Notes: a model not told the origin generated them from the letters alone. A stretch of DNA of 64,000 nucleotides from Octopus sinensis (GCF_006345805.1 NC_043007.1:59954001-60018000); one strand, 5' to 3'; shown: positions 14,261-29,115, counted from the stretch's first letter. Numbers and translations: made by a program.

Positions 14261-14446
14261 GGTTTAAGTGTCCAAAAAACAAAAGACAGAGACAAGGTTT
14301 ATTAGTTTGACGCTCAGGAAAAATAAAAAAGTGTTTGACGTTTCGAGCCCACGCTCTTCGACAGAATGGAATGAGGTAAAAACAAAAAAAAAAACGAGAG
14401 AGCAAAAGAAAACATGTCTGGATTAACGGTTTCACTAGTCGAACTC
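14261..14446 (-). mobile_element. Short pLTR-like insert with a degenerate hammerhead (14333-14366)
   Basis: Minus strand CTGTCGA-a-GAGC gtgg GCTC-GAAA-CGTC: core A6 is mutated and stem I is weak. Lies between (CA)n and (TG)n arrays. Confidence 0.45.
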
Positions 14447-14464
14447 GTGTGTGTGTGTGTGTGT

Positions 14465-14510
<46 letters not shown>

Positions 14511-15077
14511 CGTGCGTGTGTGCGTGTGTGTGCATGTGTGTGTATGTGTGTGTGCGTATGTTGTGTGTGTGTGTATACACGAGTGTGCACACATATCCAT
14601 CATTAATTCACCCAGTTAGATTGACGTAAGAGATATACTCGAAGGATTGTAAGATATGTTATCGAACAACAGAAATCTTTGAAGTGATATCGACTTCTTC
14701 GACAAAACCGTAAACTTTTCAGGGAATTGGCAAGTTTCGCTTTTGTTGATGGTTTGTCTGTATTGGTCTGCAGACTCACAGCCCAACAGGAATCCTCCTA
14801 ATTCCGTTTGTTGAATTCAGGTTTATTTTACTCTACCTTAACAGGCATCTTTAATCTTATTCCATAATAATAAAAAATATCTCTGTCGTCATCGAAATAT
14901 TATGAAATTGATTAAATAAGTGAATAAATAAATTAATTAGTTAAATAAACTCCGTTATATCTCAAAATTACATTAACATTTTGTCTTTTCGATTTCCTAC
15001 CTTACAATTCTTTCTGTTGTCTTCCATAAATTTGAACGATGTACGTATGTGTGCGTATGTGTGTGTGTGTGTGTGTG

Positions 15078-15114
<37 letters not shown>

Positions 15115-16099
15115 GATGGATGGATAGATAGATGGATATTTGTATGTTTGTAGTGCTACTGGTAGAATTTAATCTAGCTTGTCTTACGGCCGGGTCGTCG
15201 GTGACTAAACCGGCAACGCACCAAGCCTCCTTGGAAAACAGGGTGGCTTTTGTTGGACACCTAACAGAATGAAAATGATAACCTTTTCAAGGACAGATGA
15301 ACTCAATAGAGTCAACGGTCATCCAACAGCTGGGAAATGAGAGACTCTTAGTCTTCGTTTAGAATCTCTCTAGGAGAAGGAAATTCCGAAGTAACACTCA
15401 TCTCATTGCGAAGTCGGAGAACTTGCTCTTGCTTGTTTCTGGATGGCTTGACTTTGTAGATGATAGTCATACTTATCTACGAGTCGACAACCATCATTTA
15501 TTAATGCATGTATGTATTTATGTACGTCCTTTGAATGACATTAATTACACCTGGGGGTAGTTCTGGAGATGTGGGGAGAGTAGAGTCACCTTTTAATTGT
15601 AATTACTCGCAGGTCTGTCCAGACCCAGAGCGGTAGTACTTGTCAGAGTCGCATCTATAGGTTGAACAGATTTCCCAAGTGTAGAGGAGGCTCCCATAAT
15701 CTTTTGACACAAGCCGTGGGGAAGGCAGCTCTTCTAAGAGAAAGATACTCTGATATAAAACTTGCAGTCAAAATAGTACCTGTCATTTTGCAATGCTTGT
15801 CACTGGAACCTACTATGGCGTCAGAGAGAATGGAAAAAGTGTTGTACAAACTGGGTCACTTAAATCCAATAGAGTATAGATGTTTCACTATGTGAGATGG
15901 CTATCATAAGACAAGATGAAGCAATTATCATGTATGAATGTACGTATGATTTTTCTTTGAGTTTTATGTAAGTTCTTAAGAAAGTTCAAGCCGGTCGCTA
16001 AGAAAGTGTCAAGACTTTTTGAATTAAGAGAGTTGTGAATATGTAGATGAGTTGCTGTGTAGGATGAACTGTCAATGCTTTCGTCCAAGTGTGTGCATC

Positions 16100-16700
16100 T
16101 ATTCACATAAGAATCTCAGGTGGAGGATTTTTAAAATGTCTTACTTCACCGTGCCACTATTAGATTAGATTTGAAGAATCCGCATCAGTTTCTTTTGCAC
16201 TTTCTCCGTGAACCCGAGTATGTTTAGGTTTTTGTGCAAATTTGTTGGTACATAACCTAATGCACCTATGATGATAAGTACAAATGGGAATTCATAGTCA
16301 GAGTACAAGAGTTGTAAGTTCCGATTTAATCCGCCATGTATGTATGTATGTATGTATGTATGTATGTATGTATGTATGTATGTATATGTATGTATGTATG
16401 TATGTCTTTGAGATTTATGTATTTTTCCTTCGCAGAATTCAAGACTATCTCTAACAAACTGGCAAGATTCGGTGCATTGAATTTTCTCTCGATAGTTCCG
16501 CGACCTGTGATAGCTGACCCTAGGTCTCTCGTCCAATTGTGCTTTATGTAGTAGTGGTAACAATTATCCACGTTCTGAATTTCAGTGAATTTTTAACCGC
16601 ATGATAACTGCTACAACCTTCCATGAAATAGGTGCTTCTTCGCTTTTATCTGAAGAAAATAATCAATTTTTACCAGGCTTATATCAAGTGGCGAAAGTTC
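16100..16700 (-). mobile_element. R4/Dong-like remnants split by a (CATA)n array
   Basis: NRNLQLLYSDYEFPFVLIIIGALGYVPTNLHKNLNILGF is homologous to the 7698 copy. The identity of the piece beyond the array (16406-16700) is less certain. Confidence 0.7.
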
Positions 16701-17029
16701 TCGGGGATATTCATTAGCGACAAATGAGTGGTTTCCTTGTATAGATGTGAATGACTTCAATTCCGTTTGCATGTATGTGTTTGTACGTGCGTGTCATATA
16801 CAACTCTAAATTTCCGGCTCAAATTATATGGCACAGATTGGCTCGGGACAATAGTAGAAAACATTTGCCCAAAGTGCCGTTCAGTGAGACTGAACACCCA
16901 CCTCCGAAACCATGCGGTTGCAAAGTATATAGTTAAGAATGAATTTTTTTTTCATTTACTTCCTTTTTATTCGCATTTTCCTTCCTAATCTTTTCTTACT
17001 TATTCTCTGTCTCTCATTTTTTCTTTTAT

Positions 17030-17127
<98 letters not shown>

Positions 17128-18424
17128 CTATTTTTCATGTCAGCTGGATGGATATCTTTCTTTCTCTTATAATAAATATCTTTTAGTCTCCTCCTCATTT
17201 TAACTCACGAAATCGTTAATCCTTCTACTTCTCACCAAGTCACTCGCTCGCTTCTTTTCCTCCTATTTTTCTTCAACTTCTTCCCTCTTCTCCTCTACCC
17301 CCTTCCTCGTCTTTTTCTTCTCTTTCCTCCCCTCCACGTCTTCTTTTCTTTCTTCCCACCCCAGCCTACCTTCTCTTTTTCCTCTTCTTTCATTTCTCTC
17401 TCTGTCCATCTATCATTCGCTCTCTCTCTCTCTCTCTCTCTCTCTCATACACACACACACACACTCGCGAAATTATAACTTGCTCCAAGTAATAACGCCA
17501 CTATCAGTAAATCTGTATTCACGTAACCATTCGAGTCAAAGGTCAAATAGAATACTCTAAAGGACGGACTTTAAAATTCAAGAACCCTTCCTAAATGACT
17601 GGTCAGTTCACTTCCGCCATCTTGTAAACCATTATCTTCGTTTCTTTTCATGATTTATTTCTTATGTCTGCCAAATTATTCTTGTATTGTTAATCTCACG
17701 TTACTTAAACTAACCTAACAATATTTGATTTTCTGAACATTTTAGTGAATTGATCACACTTCCAGCCAGACTGAAAAAAAAAACTATAATGGTCGCATAA
17801 ACCTACGCACTTTTGGATTTAATGTAGTTTGCACATTCTTGATGGTAAAAGATTGTATGGATTCACAACTGAAAACGGTGCTGCTACTGTTGTTGTTATT
17901 GTTGTTATTGTTTGTGGTGGTGATGATGCTGATGCTACTGCTACTACTACTACTACAATTGCTGTTGTTGATGTTAGTAGTGCGAGTATAGTTACGAAAT
18001 GTTATTAAGACGGCGAGCTGGTAGAATCGTTAAAAAGTCGAGGAAAAAAAGATGTTTTACAGCATTCGTTCCAGCTCTTTACATTCTAAGTTCAAATATC
18101 ACTGATACTGATTTACGTTTCATCCTTTCGGAAGTCGATTAGGCAGAGAACCAGTCAAGTTCTAAAGTCGATAGTATTGGCTGTACCTCCTCCCATCAAA
18201 ATAACTGGTCTGGTGCCTTGATTAGAAGCAATATTAATTGTGCGTGCATGAAAAATGAGAGGTGAAAGCTGACTATGTTGACTGAGAAAAGTTCGGCCAA
18301 ACAAGGCGGGCAGCTGTAGTAATGTGTCAATAGTGCTAGTATTTGTTATATCAGGTAAGAAATAGAGTCTCTATAATCGCTCGCCAAAAGCAATTTGCAG
18401 GACAATGATTGACGTGTAAAATAT

Positions 18425-19201
18425 TAATTAATACTACCGAAAAGTAATGTCGCATTCATATAATGAGTTCAAATGAGCATAAAACATGTCATTAATGTAT
18501 ATTCATTCATTCAAAATATAATTGCTATCAATAATAGTAACATTTCCCCACCTTGAAAGTTTTTTCTGGTTCTGCGATGAATGAAAACCTGATGGTGCTA
18601 GCTCTGCTGAGTAGGGAGAAAGAGGGAGAGCTTCCCAGCCTAAAGAATTTATCTTTTGTTGAGTTATCTTGTCGAACGAACTGTTTATTCTCGGAGACAT
18701 GAGGTATCCGCCTCACTTCTCTATACACTTTCCTAACTTACCTGAGATGACCTTGTCCAGTAGACCATGCCTCCTGGAAAAGACCCAAGATTCTCTTCAA
18801 GTGGTGTTTTCACTGTGTCGTTCTTAAGAACAGTTGGTCTTCCTGATCGGTACCTATTCAAAAAATCGAAATCACCGTTTTTGAATTTGTTAAACCACCA
18901 TTAGCATTTCGAACACATCATTAGGATATGTAGCATATATGTTACGAAATTCGTAAGGCATGCAAGGCCGAACATGTTGCTCACTAATCTCCTTGTTTTC
19001 CATGGATTGTTGGATAGAGCTTATATACATACAGCATGTGTCCACATTAACGTTTTGTCATTAACTTTAGAGTTAATATCATTAACTTTAGAGCTGATAA
19101 GTTGATAGCAAGGAAATCTTTTATTGGTTTGTAAGTTACTAGTGACATAACGTCAGACTATTTGCTTGAAAATATAACCTTACTTTTCGGTACATCTAAT
19201 A
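18425..19201 (-). mobile_element. Internally deleted mariner element
   Basis: KITQQKINSLGWEALPLSPYSAELAPSGFH matches mariner LGWEVLPHPPYSPDLAPSDFH. Inverted terminal cores taccgaaaagtaa (18436) and ttacttttcggta (19180). Confidence 0.75.
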
Positions 19202-22200
19202 GAATCACCCGTTTGAGTACGATTTTTGTTTAGTTCAAAATTTATGAGAATTCATTGTCAGAAAGTTATGTTTGAATCACATTGACTGAAAACCCATTGC
19301 AACAACCTACAATACCACTACTGAGGGGCGGCGTATAGACAGGAGCAACGCCTCGGTCACATCAATGCAAAAAACGACCGGATCCTACACTAGAGTGGGA
19401 TAAACGCAGAGACAGAAAAATACTATTATTAATAATAAATCACGTCCGAAATTTTGAGAAGACTGATTAAATTGAACCCTGCACTTAATTTGCACATTGT
19501 TTTGCCGGAGAGATGAAAATAAATGTTGACTTTTGTGGGTTTTGAACATAGAATTGAAAGATCCGGAAGAAATATCTCATGGCATTTTGTGCGACGTCGT
19601 AAGAATTCTAACCATTCACCGACCTTCATGTAGCAGTTCAACTATAGGCACAAGACCTGAAATTTTGGTGGGAGGGAGCTAGTCGATTACATCGACAACG
19701 CTGTTCAGCTGGGAGTTATTTCATCGACCCCGAAAAGATGAAAGACAAAGACGATTTCAGGAGGATTTGAACTTTGAACGTATATACAGACAAAATGCTT
19801 AAAAGTTCTGCTTGCTCGCCTCATTCAACGTAGTATGTATAATCCTTTCTACCAAACGCATACACAAGGCCTGAAAGTTGTGGGGAAGGTACTAGTCGAT
19901 TACATTGGCCCCAGTGTTTCACTAGTGCTTAAATTATCGACCCCAAATGGATGAAACCCGTAGTATTAATAATGGCTAACATATGACCACAAAATATAAG
20001 AAATTAATAAAATAAATCCGTCAGAACTAGCGGCAATGAATTTTCGATTGTTTAATCAATTGAGCTACCTGAGTATTCCACAGATATGTATACCCTTAAT
20101 GCACTCCTCAAATGTGACACGATGCGTGGTAGAGCATGCCCTCTAAATTACAGGCACAATGCATCAGAAGACTTCCACACAAATTTATTCACAAGATTTG
20201 GGTCAATCAGAGACTGTAGTAAAGAGACACTTGTCCAAGATACCATGCACTGCGCTCGAACCCGATTCCTCGTGCGTACGAAGCGAATTTTTTTAACCAT
20301 GGAGCTATATTGTATTAACAAAGGAATTAAAGTATACTCTATTAAATCTCTATTTATTTCATCGAAAACAAAGGGAGCAAACGGCACTGCTGAACCCATA
20401 AAATTTTAAGTCAAACCGTTAAAAAAAGCGGTAGCTAAATCTTAGTTTACAGTTATTTATTGCTTTAACACAATGTAAGAAGACGGTGAGGTGGCAAAAT
20501 CGTTAGTACGCTAAATAACCTGCCTCCGGCTTTAGATTCTGAGTTCGAATTTCACCGTGTTCGACTTTACCTTTCAGGCTCGATTAAAAAAGTACTAGGT
20601 AATCAGTGGAGTCGATATAATCGACTAGACCCTTCCCCAAAAGTTTTAGTCTTTGTGCCTATATTTGTAAAAAAAAATAATTTTAATCTATTTATTATTG
20701 CACTGTGCAACTCTATGTACCCATGCTTCTATCATTTAACTTACTTTATCTGTCTACTTCCGTGAGTCAACCATTTCCTTCTACCTCTCTCTCCTGCCCT
20801 CTATTTCTCTGTCAGTACTTTATCAATGTATTCGTTCATCTATTTAACTATTTATCAATTATACGATCTATCCTTCTGACGGTGTCTATCTAACTACCTC
20901 TCTAACCGCCGAAATACCTATCCCAGTCGCCTCATTTATTAATACGTTTGCATATTAAATCTAAACCAACCATAAAACGTCGAAATGTCTGTGATGACCA
21001 TTTTAATATTAATTTGATATCTCTTCTTTTTGTTATATTGTTTTCTCACATTGTTATAAACCAATTTAATAGCATCGACACATATAAGACAGTGATCTAA
21101 CTAAACACTGCAATTCATTTTATCGAGCACGCTACCTCATTTTTTTAAATATCATTCTATCTGTCTTATACTACTACTGCTGCTACTGCTGCTGCTGTTT
21201 CTGCTATTATTACTACTACTGCTGCTGCTGTTCAGAACATAAAGAAGAGCGAATAGTCGATTAAATTAACCCCCACTACCTGACTGGCACTTATTTTGTG
21301 GACCCTTGGAGAACAAAAATGTAAAATTATCTGCTGTGGGATGTGAACCCGTAATTTAAAAAATTCCTAACTTAACAATTGCTGGTCTGTTTAGTCCTTT
21401 ACCGATTCGACCATTTCATCATCCCCATCCACTACCACCACCAAAACTACTTCTGTCTTCTCAGTGGGAAGTGATTATTTGTACCACTGGTGCATATTTT
21501 ATCAACCCCACATAGAGGGACACATGTCAAAACTGACCTGAACAGGATTTGAAACCAAATCACAAAGAACGCACATAAATATCACAAGGCATTTTGTTCG
21601 ATGCACCAGTTTGTCTGATATCCACTCTACCGCTTACTACTACTACTACTACTACACTACTACTATTACTATTACTACTACTACTACTACTTGTCCTATT
21701 ATTGTTAATACCTGTCTCATTGGAGCACGTGCTGTTATTCGTGACGCATATCTTCCCAAATTAATTCTAATCAAATACGTCAATGCGTGGATTTTGTTTT
21801 AAATCTAAAATGCTATTAGGGCCGCATGGAAATGATAAGATTTTGAAGCAAGAAAGTCTATTAAGGAGCTATCCAATTCCTAAATGTAAAACTGGGAAAA
21901 GAGTATTTGAGCCTCCCACCCCGCCCTTAACACACGTATGCACACGTTAAACAAAGACTAGATAGAAGCTGTCATCGATAAATCAATGACTATCAAGAAA
22001 AATCAGGAACCCAATATTAAATGCAATCATTAAGGTCGATGGAAGTAGCGAAACACAAATACATAAAGAAAATAAACTAAAATGTGATCAAAAGGCAAAA
22101 AAAGGTAAATACGGCAGCTAAATTAATCTGCTGGGAATTTGATTAGAATAGGCTGATTGGTAAAAACAAATATTGATGAGAAGGGATCAGAAAATGACAA

Positions 22201-22599
22201 AGGAAAGAACAGGAGATAATAACAATAAACGTTATGGTGGTGGTATTGGTGGGGGAAAGTAGATACTCTTTGATAATGCCATTATGAAACGATGCGTATC
22301 TCTGTTTTAAATATACTTTCACTACGTAGAATATGACGTAATCTATTATTATATGCAGGAGAACATAATCTAGCCTTGTTGTGATGATTTGTTTGCGGTT
22401 GGGGTTGATAGCTTCGTTAATGAGAACATGTGATCAGAGACTAAACTATCGCAATATCGGTTCTTGTAAATTTTAGGTCTGAATAAAAATCTAATGAAAT
22501 TCGAAACTGCGAAGATCTACTCCCTGATTATGCACCGCTTTGGTATAGCAACGTTGACATACGTATCATTCTTTCTACAATAGATATTAGGCCCTAAAG

Positions 22600-22762
22600 T
22601 TGTTGTTGTTGTTTTTCGACAAGGAGCATAGATCAGAGTCTAGCCGCACTGAGAGTACAGAGTTTCGGTACTACGGACATGTGATTAGAGTATCGCAGGA
22701 AATAATTGCAAGACAGATTCTTGAAACCGAGCAAATGTGTATGAGATTTAAGGGTAGGGAAA
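22600..22762 (+). pseudogene. RTE-like LINE C-terminal fragment
   Basis: FRYYGHVIRVSQEIIARQILE...KGR resembles LRWFGHVxRM...GR. Confidence 0.5.
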
Positions 22763-23905
22763 GATTGTTGCCCAATGGTTCGGATGGTTGCGCTCGCGAT
22801 CGCGGCATTTTAATTATAAGATCGGCTGTGCATTGTGTTCTTGTGCAAAACACTGCATTTCACGTTGGACCAATCCAGTCAGCTGTCAATGGTAAATCCT
22901 GCGACTGACTGACGTTCAGTTTTGGGGCAATGCTGGCTTGTCAGCATATCAAGCGTGGTGATATGATTCGAAAGTTCAAACGAAGCGAAATGCACCGTGA
23001 CAAACGGTTTATAACAATAGCCGTTAGTCTGGTGAATGTCGTGATTCAGTTATACGCACACACACGCATACACACACACACACACACACAAACATATATA
23101 TATATATAGGTTTGTGCATATGTATGCGTGGGTGAATGATATAACGTATGTATTCATAGATAGATGTTTACATAGACATAGTTGCGTGTGTGTTTATATG
23201 TATATATATATTTATGTATATATATATGTATATGTATATATGTATATACATACATACATACATACATTCGCGTGTGCGTACGCACACACATTTGGAAGAG
23301 AAGAAAAAGAAAACGAAAGAAAGAAAGAGAGAGATGAGCGAGAGGGGCAGGAAAATAGAGAGATATCGGGAGTGAGAGAGAGTGAGAGAGAAGAGTGAGA
23401 CGCCCACGCGTGAAATGGATTTCCATTCCATTAGAAGGAAACGATACTGAAGGTAGGTCACAGACAAATACAGAACTCACAGAGACTCAGGTTAGGTTTG
23501 GAAAATATTTACACCGGAGAAAAACCTTTCCTAAATATGAAACAATCCAAGATATTTTGGCGATGGGATGTGATTTATTGCGAAAACAACATCCTCTCGA
23601 TCCCTAATTTTAATATTTCCTGACTAAGCTTGTTAATCAATCACTTAGTTGTTCGATAATTCAGTGAATTGATTGATAAAATATGTCATCGTGTTGATAT
23701 ACAGAATAAAACAGCGTTAGCATTGAGAGGAAAGCGAGCAACGACAACAGCGGCAGCAAGAAGAGGAAAAGCGATAGCAGCATAAAGGAAAGCAGAAATA
23801 ACAACAATAACAAATAAAGTATGCAAAAAATACAACCGAATAAAAAAATATTTCATTCGAAACAAATAGAAACTGCTCGTAAGAAAAACAAAGAAAGAAT
23901 GTGTG

Positions 23906-23939
<34 letters not shown>

Positions 23940-24534
23940 GAGTGTGTGTGTGTATAGATTTATACATATCACCAATATAAAATTATAATGCCTTATATGT
24001 ATGTATATGATGTAATACGCGTGAGTGTATATATGTATACATATATACATACATTCATACACACAGACGTATATATATATATTATTTTATTGTTTTGCTT
24101 TTTACTTGTTGCAGTTATTTGACTGTGGCCATGTTGGAGCACCACCTTTAGTCCAACGAATCGACCCCGTGACTTATTCTTTGTAAGCCTTGTACTTATT
24201 CTATCAGTGGGTTTTTTTTTACCGAATCGTTAAGCTATAGTGGACGTAAGCCTGCGGGTATAGTAGAAGACTCTTGCCCAAGGTACCATTGCATGGGACT
24301 GACTCCGGAACCATGTTTCTTTCTCCTAAAAGCACAAGGCCTGATTATGGAGGAGAGTAGACTAATCGATTACATCGATCCCAGTGTTTCACTGGTACTT
24401 AATATATATACTCCGGAATGATGAAAGGCAAAGTCGACCTCGGCAGTATTTGATCTCAGAACGTAAAGACGAACCAAAAACCGCCTTCGATATACATACA
24501 TACATCATACATACATACATATATATATATATAC

Positions 24535-24602
<68 letters not shown>

Positions 24603-24611
24603 ATATTATAT

Positions 24612-24653
<42 letters not shown>

Positions 24654-25305
24654 CTAGCAGAGATACCCGGCGTTGCCCTTGTTACATACAATTGAAGAAT
24701 TATACTTTTCTGTTATATTTTCTCTAATGAACTAGAATATCTGTTTCGAATTTCATCAAAATTGCAGATGAGGGTTATTTCTCTCTTTACCCCCCCCCCC
24801 CCCGCCAATAATTGTAATCGTGCCACATGTATCCCATACTACTGATTTTTATGCGCATATTCCAAAATTCCAGTCTTATTGAACCTGTTTAAAAGATTTT
24901 GCTCTTGAAAAATGAAGGTCATGGAGCTCCAAAATGTGAAAGTTAAGGCCCCTGTTGGGGGTGGGCAACTTGATATCAACCAGAGAAGTTGAATTATTGA
25001 GAATCTTTTTAACTTGGGTCTTATATCTATTGTTTGAATTTCTTTGAAATAGGAAATATATGTTCACTGGGTTTGTAAAAGAGTGCAAAGCTACAGGAAA
25101 CCAAAAGACGAATGATCACAATAAGCAGTCAGCTACCCTACCCTAGTCGTTACCACTCCCAATGTAGGATCCCTCACCATCCTGGACCCTAAGTAAGGCA
25201 TGCGTAAAATTTGAATGAAAATGGTTGTGTAGTTCTCAAGTTTTAGGGATTCACACAGACAGACAGACAGACAGACACAGATTCTCAGTTTTATATATAT
25301 ATATA
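24654..25305 (-). mobile_element. Non-autonomous Helitron (Lep1-like architecture)
   Basis: Minus-strand 3' end has a GC-rich hairpin remnant (acccggcgttgccc on +) followed by CTAG at 24654-24657. The other end has an (ACAG)n tract and ttttatatata. Confidence 0.6.
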
Positions 25306-25424
25306 ATGACAAAAATATGGTAATATACAAATACACACAAGGATATAAATATATATAAATATATAAATGTAATTAATGTATACCTACATGTATACATATT
25401 TATAAATACGTATACATGTTGTAT

Positions 25425-25459
<35 letters not shown>

Positions 25460-25839
25460 TTTTGAATTGAAGAATGGAGCTGAACGCAGATTGAAAGAAA
25501 TCGTTTTATTCATTCTACTTTCACTGCTGTGATTTTTGCTACTAAGGTATCGGTAAACTTTTGATTATCACTACAAGATTATTCATCTTTCTATTTCACA
25601 TATTATATATATATATATATTATATATATATATATCTATTCTGGCGTGTTTGTATGTACGTATGCTTGTATGCAATAATGTATGTCTGTGTATGTATGCG
25701 TTCCATATATTCATAATAGTATGTAAGTATGAAGGTGCACATATATATTCAACTTCCTGCTGATCCGCCACATGCAGTCGCATGCCGGTGAAGATATGCA
25801 ACATACATACATACATACATACATACATACATACATACA

Positions 25840-25871
<32 letters not shown>

Positions 25872-28079
25872 CTTGCTGTTGTAAAATATGATTAAGCTTA
25901 GTGACTGATTTGATTATTGCTAGATGTTGATAGCTAGGCGAATATTCTTAACTAGATTGCAGCAGATGTTCAAGGAAATACAGAATAGAGAAACCACACG
26001 CGTACACACACACTCACTCATACACACACACACACACACACACATACGCACACACACACATATACCTAGACACAGGTTCACACTCACACGCACGCAAATA
26101 TGCATATAATTATGTGTGTGTGTATAACTGTATATCTATCAATGTATCTATCTGTTTATGTATATATGTATGTACGTACGTACAGGCGTACGCATGCATG
26201 TATGAATGTATGTACGTATGTATGTGTGTATGCATGTATGCATGTATATTCAAGTACACGATTACATACATGTATATCTTAATATATATACATATGGTTG
26301 TGTACTTCGTCGCTTTATAATAGTTCTGTAATATACGTCTGGAATTGAATAAGTAGGATATAGGTATGAGTATGTGAGTTTGTAAGTGTGCTAGAGTGTG
26401 TTCGTCGATTTTTTCCTTTGTGTGTGTGAGTGAGAGTGTGTGTGTGTTTACTTGGTCGCATATGTATCTACAAAGATACATACATACATACTTACGTACT
26501 TACATACATAAATACATACATACACATACATACATACATACATACATACATACATACATACATACATACATACATACATACATTTATATATGCATAGAAC
26601 GGGGCCTATTTCACTTACAAGGCTTCGGTCAACCGGGTCTATAGTAAATACATACGAACGCATACACACACATACAAACACATACAAATATGTGTGTGCA
26701 TCTATGTGTATATGCATGGGGGTGTCTGCACAAACACATAGATACATGGAGTGGGGTAGTACATCTGACGGGAGAACATGTGGCATTTCGCCCTCTTTGG
26801 GCTTCACCTGAAATCCAGCTCTCACATGTAGTTTTTGAAAGCTGTCTGTATGCAACCGCAGCCACGCTCTGTGCAACGGCTTCACCAGGCCGGCTAAACG
26901 ATGGTGAGGATAGCTGACGTTTCTCAAATCCTCTAGCTCTTTTCGCCCGGCGTGGTTCGGTGTCCCTTCGATCAGGGCTGCCCAGAGTGAAGCGCAGACG
27001 GCGCCGACGCCGACGACGTCTCAGCAACGGGGCTAGGAAGCGGTGGACACGAACCTATGCGCGAGAAGACTGGACACGGCGGACTGTGCGGAGGAAACCA
27101 CCATATTGGTTTAACGAACAAGAGAGTGAACCACCAAGCGTTGAAGAGCATGAACAGGACACTGTGAGACATGAAGAACACTGCGGCCATCCACTGCATC
27201 CCGACCTGTCTTGACTTCGTCCTGCCAATGGAATTAGATAGAAAGGGACGAGAGAGTGAGGCAGGTGACACTGTGCAACCCCGATTACATTAATCCATTT
27301 CACGCACATATCAAGACATTACTCCAGCCTAGATGTATATGTGTCTTTGTGTTTGTGCTCTGTTTGTCCCCCTTCAGGACTCTGCAGTCCGGCAAAAGAC
27401 AAATTTAATTGACACGATAAGTACCAAGCTTAAATATAAGTACGGAAGTCAATTTGTTCGACAAAGCCCTTGAAGGTGGTGTCCCAGCATGGCCGCAGTC
27501 CAATGACTGAAACAAGTAAAGATACATACATACATACATACATACATACATACATACATACATACATACATACATACATACATACATACATACATACATA
27601 CGTTCGTACGTTCGTAAATACGTATGCATGTATGTACAACGTGGGTGTGTGATAAGAAGGTTTCTCCCCATCAGTATGAGTTCAGGTTCAGTCTAACTGC
27701 ATGGCACCTTGAACAAGTATCTTCTACTATAGCCACGCGCCGACCAAAGTTTTTTAAGTGGATTTGGCAGTAGGAAACTGAAAGAAGCCCATAATATATG
27801 TATGTGTGTATGTATATATATGTGCGTTTTTGTATATATACGTGCGTATGTGTATATATATGTGCGTGTGTATGTGTCTGTGTGTTTATTTCTCCTTCCA
27901 CCACCACAGGACCATCGGTGTCGGTGTGTTTACTTAGCGGCTCAGCAAATGAGACGGACAGAATAAGTCCTAGGCTTTAAGAAATAAGTCCTGAGGTCGA
28001 TTTGTTTGATTAAAACCCCTTCAATACGGTGCTCCGGCATGGCCGCAGTTAACTGACTCAAACAAGTAATATGTGTGTG

Positions 28080-28155
<76 letters not shown>

Positions 28156-28292
28156 TGTATGTATGTGTGTGCATGTATGTATGTGTGTGTGTGTGTGGTG
28201 TATAGTAAAGAAATGGGAGGAGGAGAATTTCGATTATCCCCACGTGGTGAGTTGTAATGCAAAAAGTACATACATATATAAAATAAAAGGAG

Positions 28293-28413
28293 AATGCACA
28301 CAGTTTACATAGTTTTAATATATTTTTTAATATATTTTATAAGTGAAAGAGTATTGTATTCACTTATAAAATATATTAAAAAATATATTAAAACTATGTA
28401 AACTGTGTGCATT
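28293..28413. repeat. Perfect 55 bp AT-rich inverted repeat with 11 nt loop
   Basis: 28293-28347 is the exact reverse complement of 28359-28413; imperfect extension to ~28275/28433. Confidence 0.9.
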
Positions 28414-28505
28414 TTCCTGCTTCTATTTTATATACACACATACATACATATATATATACATACATATATACATACATACATATATATATATATGGGTGTG
28501 TCTAC

Positions 28506-28547
<42 letters not shown>

Positions 28548-28901
28548 GTAGACACACCCACACTCACATATAAACACATAAGAATATGTCTTGCCTCTGA
28601 CCCTCAACTCCTTGAAAGAGTAGTACGAGTGTCGTCGTGACGTACAGCGTAATTTTACTAGTTTCACACCAGACAGAGTCCATCGCTCTCCAAGTTTGAC
28701 CACAGACGATTTCTTCTCGAAAGATAGAAAGACGGGCAGGGAGACAGAAAAAAATGAATCGACGCAGTGTAAGCCTGATATTTCAAGTATCCACTGCAGA
28801 CGAATGAAAGAGAATTGTTCGCCTCGGTGGAACATGAACACGTGATTCAGGCGTCTGAATGACTCTGCCAATTGACCATATATATATATATATATATAAT
28901 A

Positions 28902-29115
28902 CGAGGGAGTGTTGAAAAGTTCTGGACTTTAAGGGTTTCACGAAAGGCCTGATTGGAGGTCCAGCCAGCCGAGTTCATTTTCCAGGGCTTAGAAAAACCG
29001 AAGGACCGCTATAATGTGTGAACCTAAGAGGGGGATATGTTGAAAAAAGTCATAATTAACTGACTCTTCTATATTTTCTTTTACTTAAAGCCAGGAGCTT
29101 TTCAGCACCACCTCG
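28902..29115 (+). mobile_element. Mariner-derived MITE
   Basis: TA|cgagggagtgttgaaaagt...cttttcagcaccacctcg|TA; internal remnant of a mariner C-terminus (GLEK...CVNLRGGYVEK). Confidence 0.75.

Noticed and set aside
15180-16000. Possible RTE-like LINE 5' region
   Set aside because: General resemblance only; no diagnostic motif could be translated.
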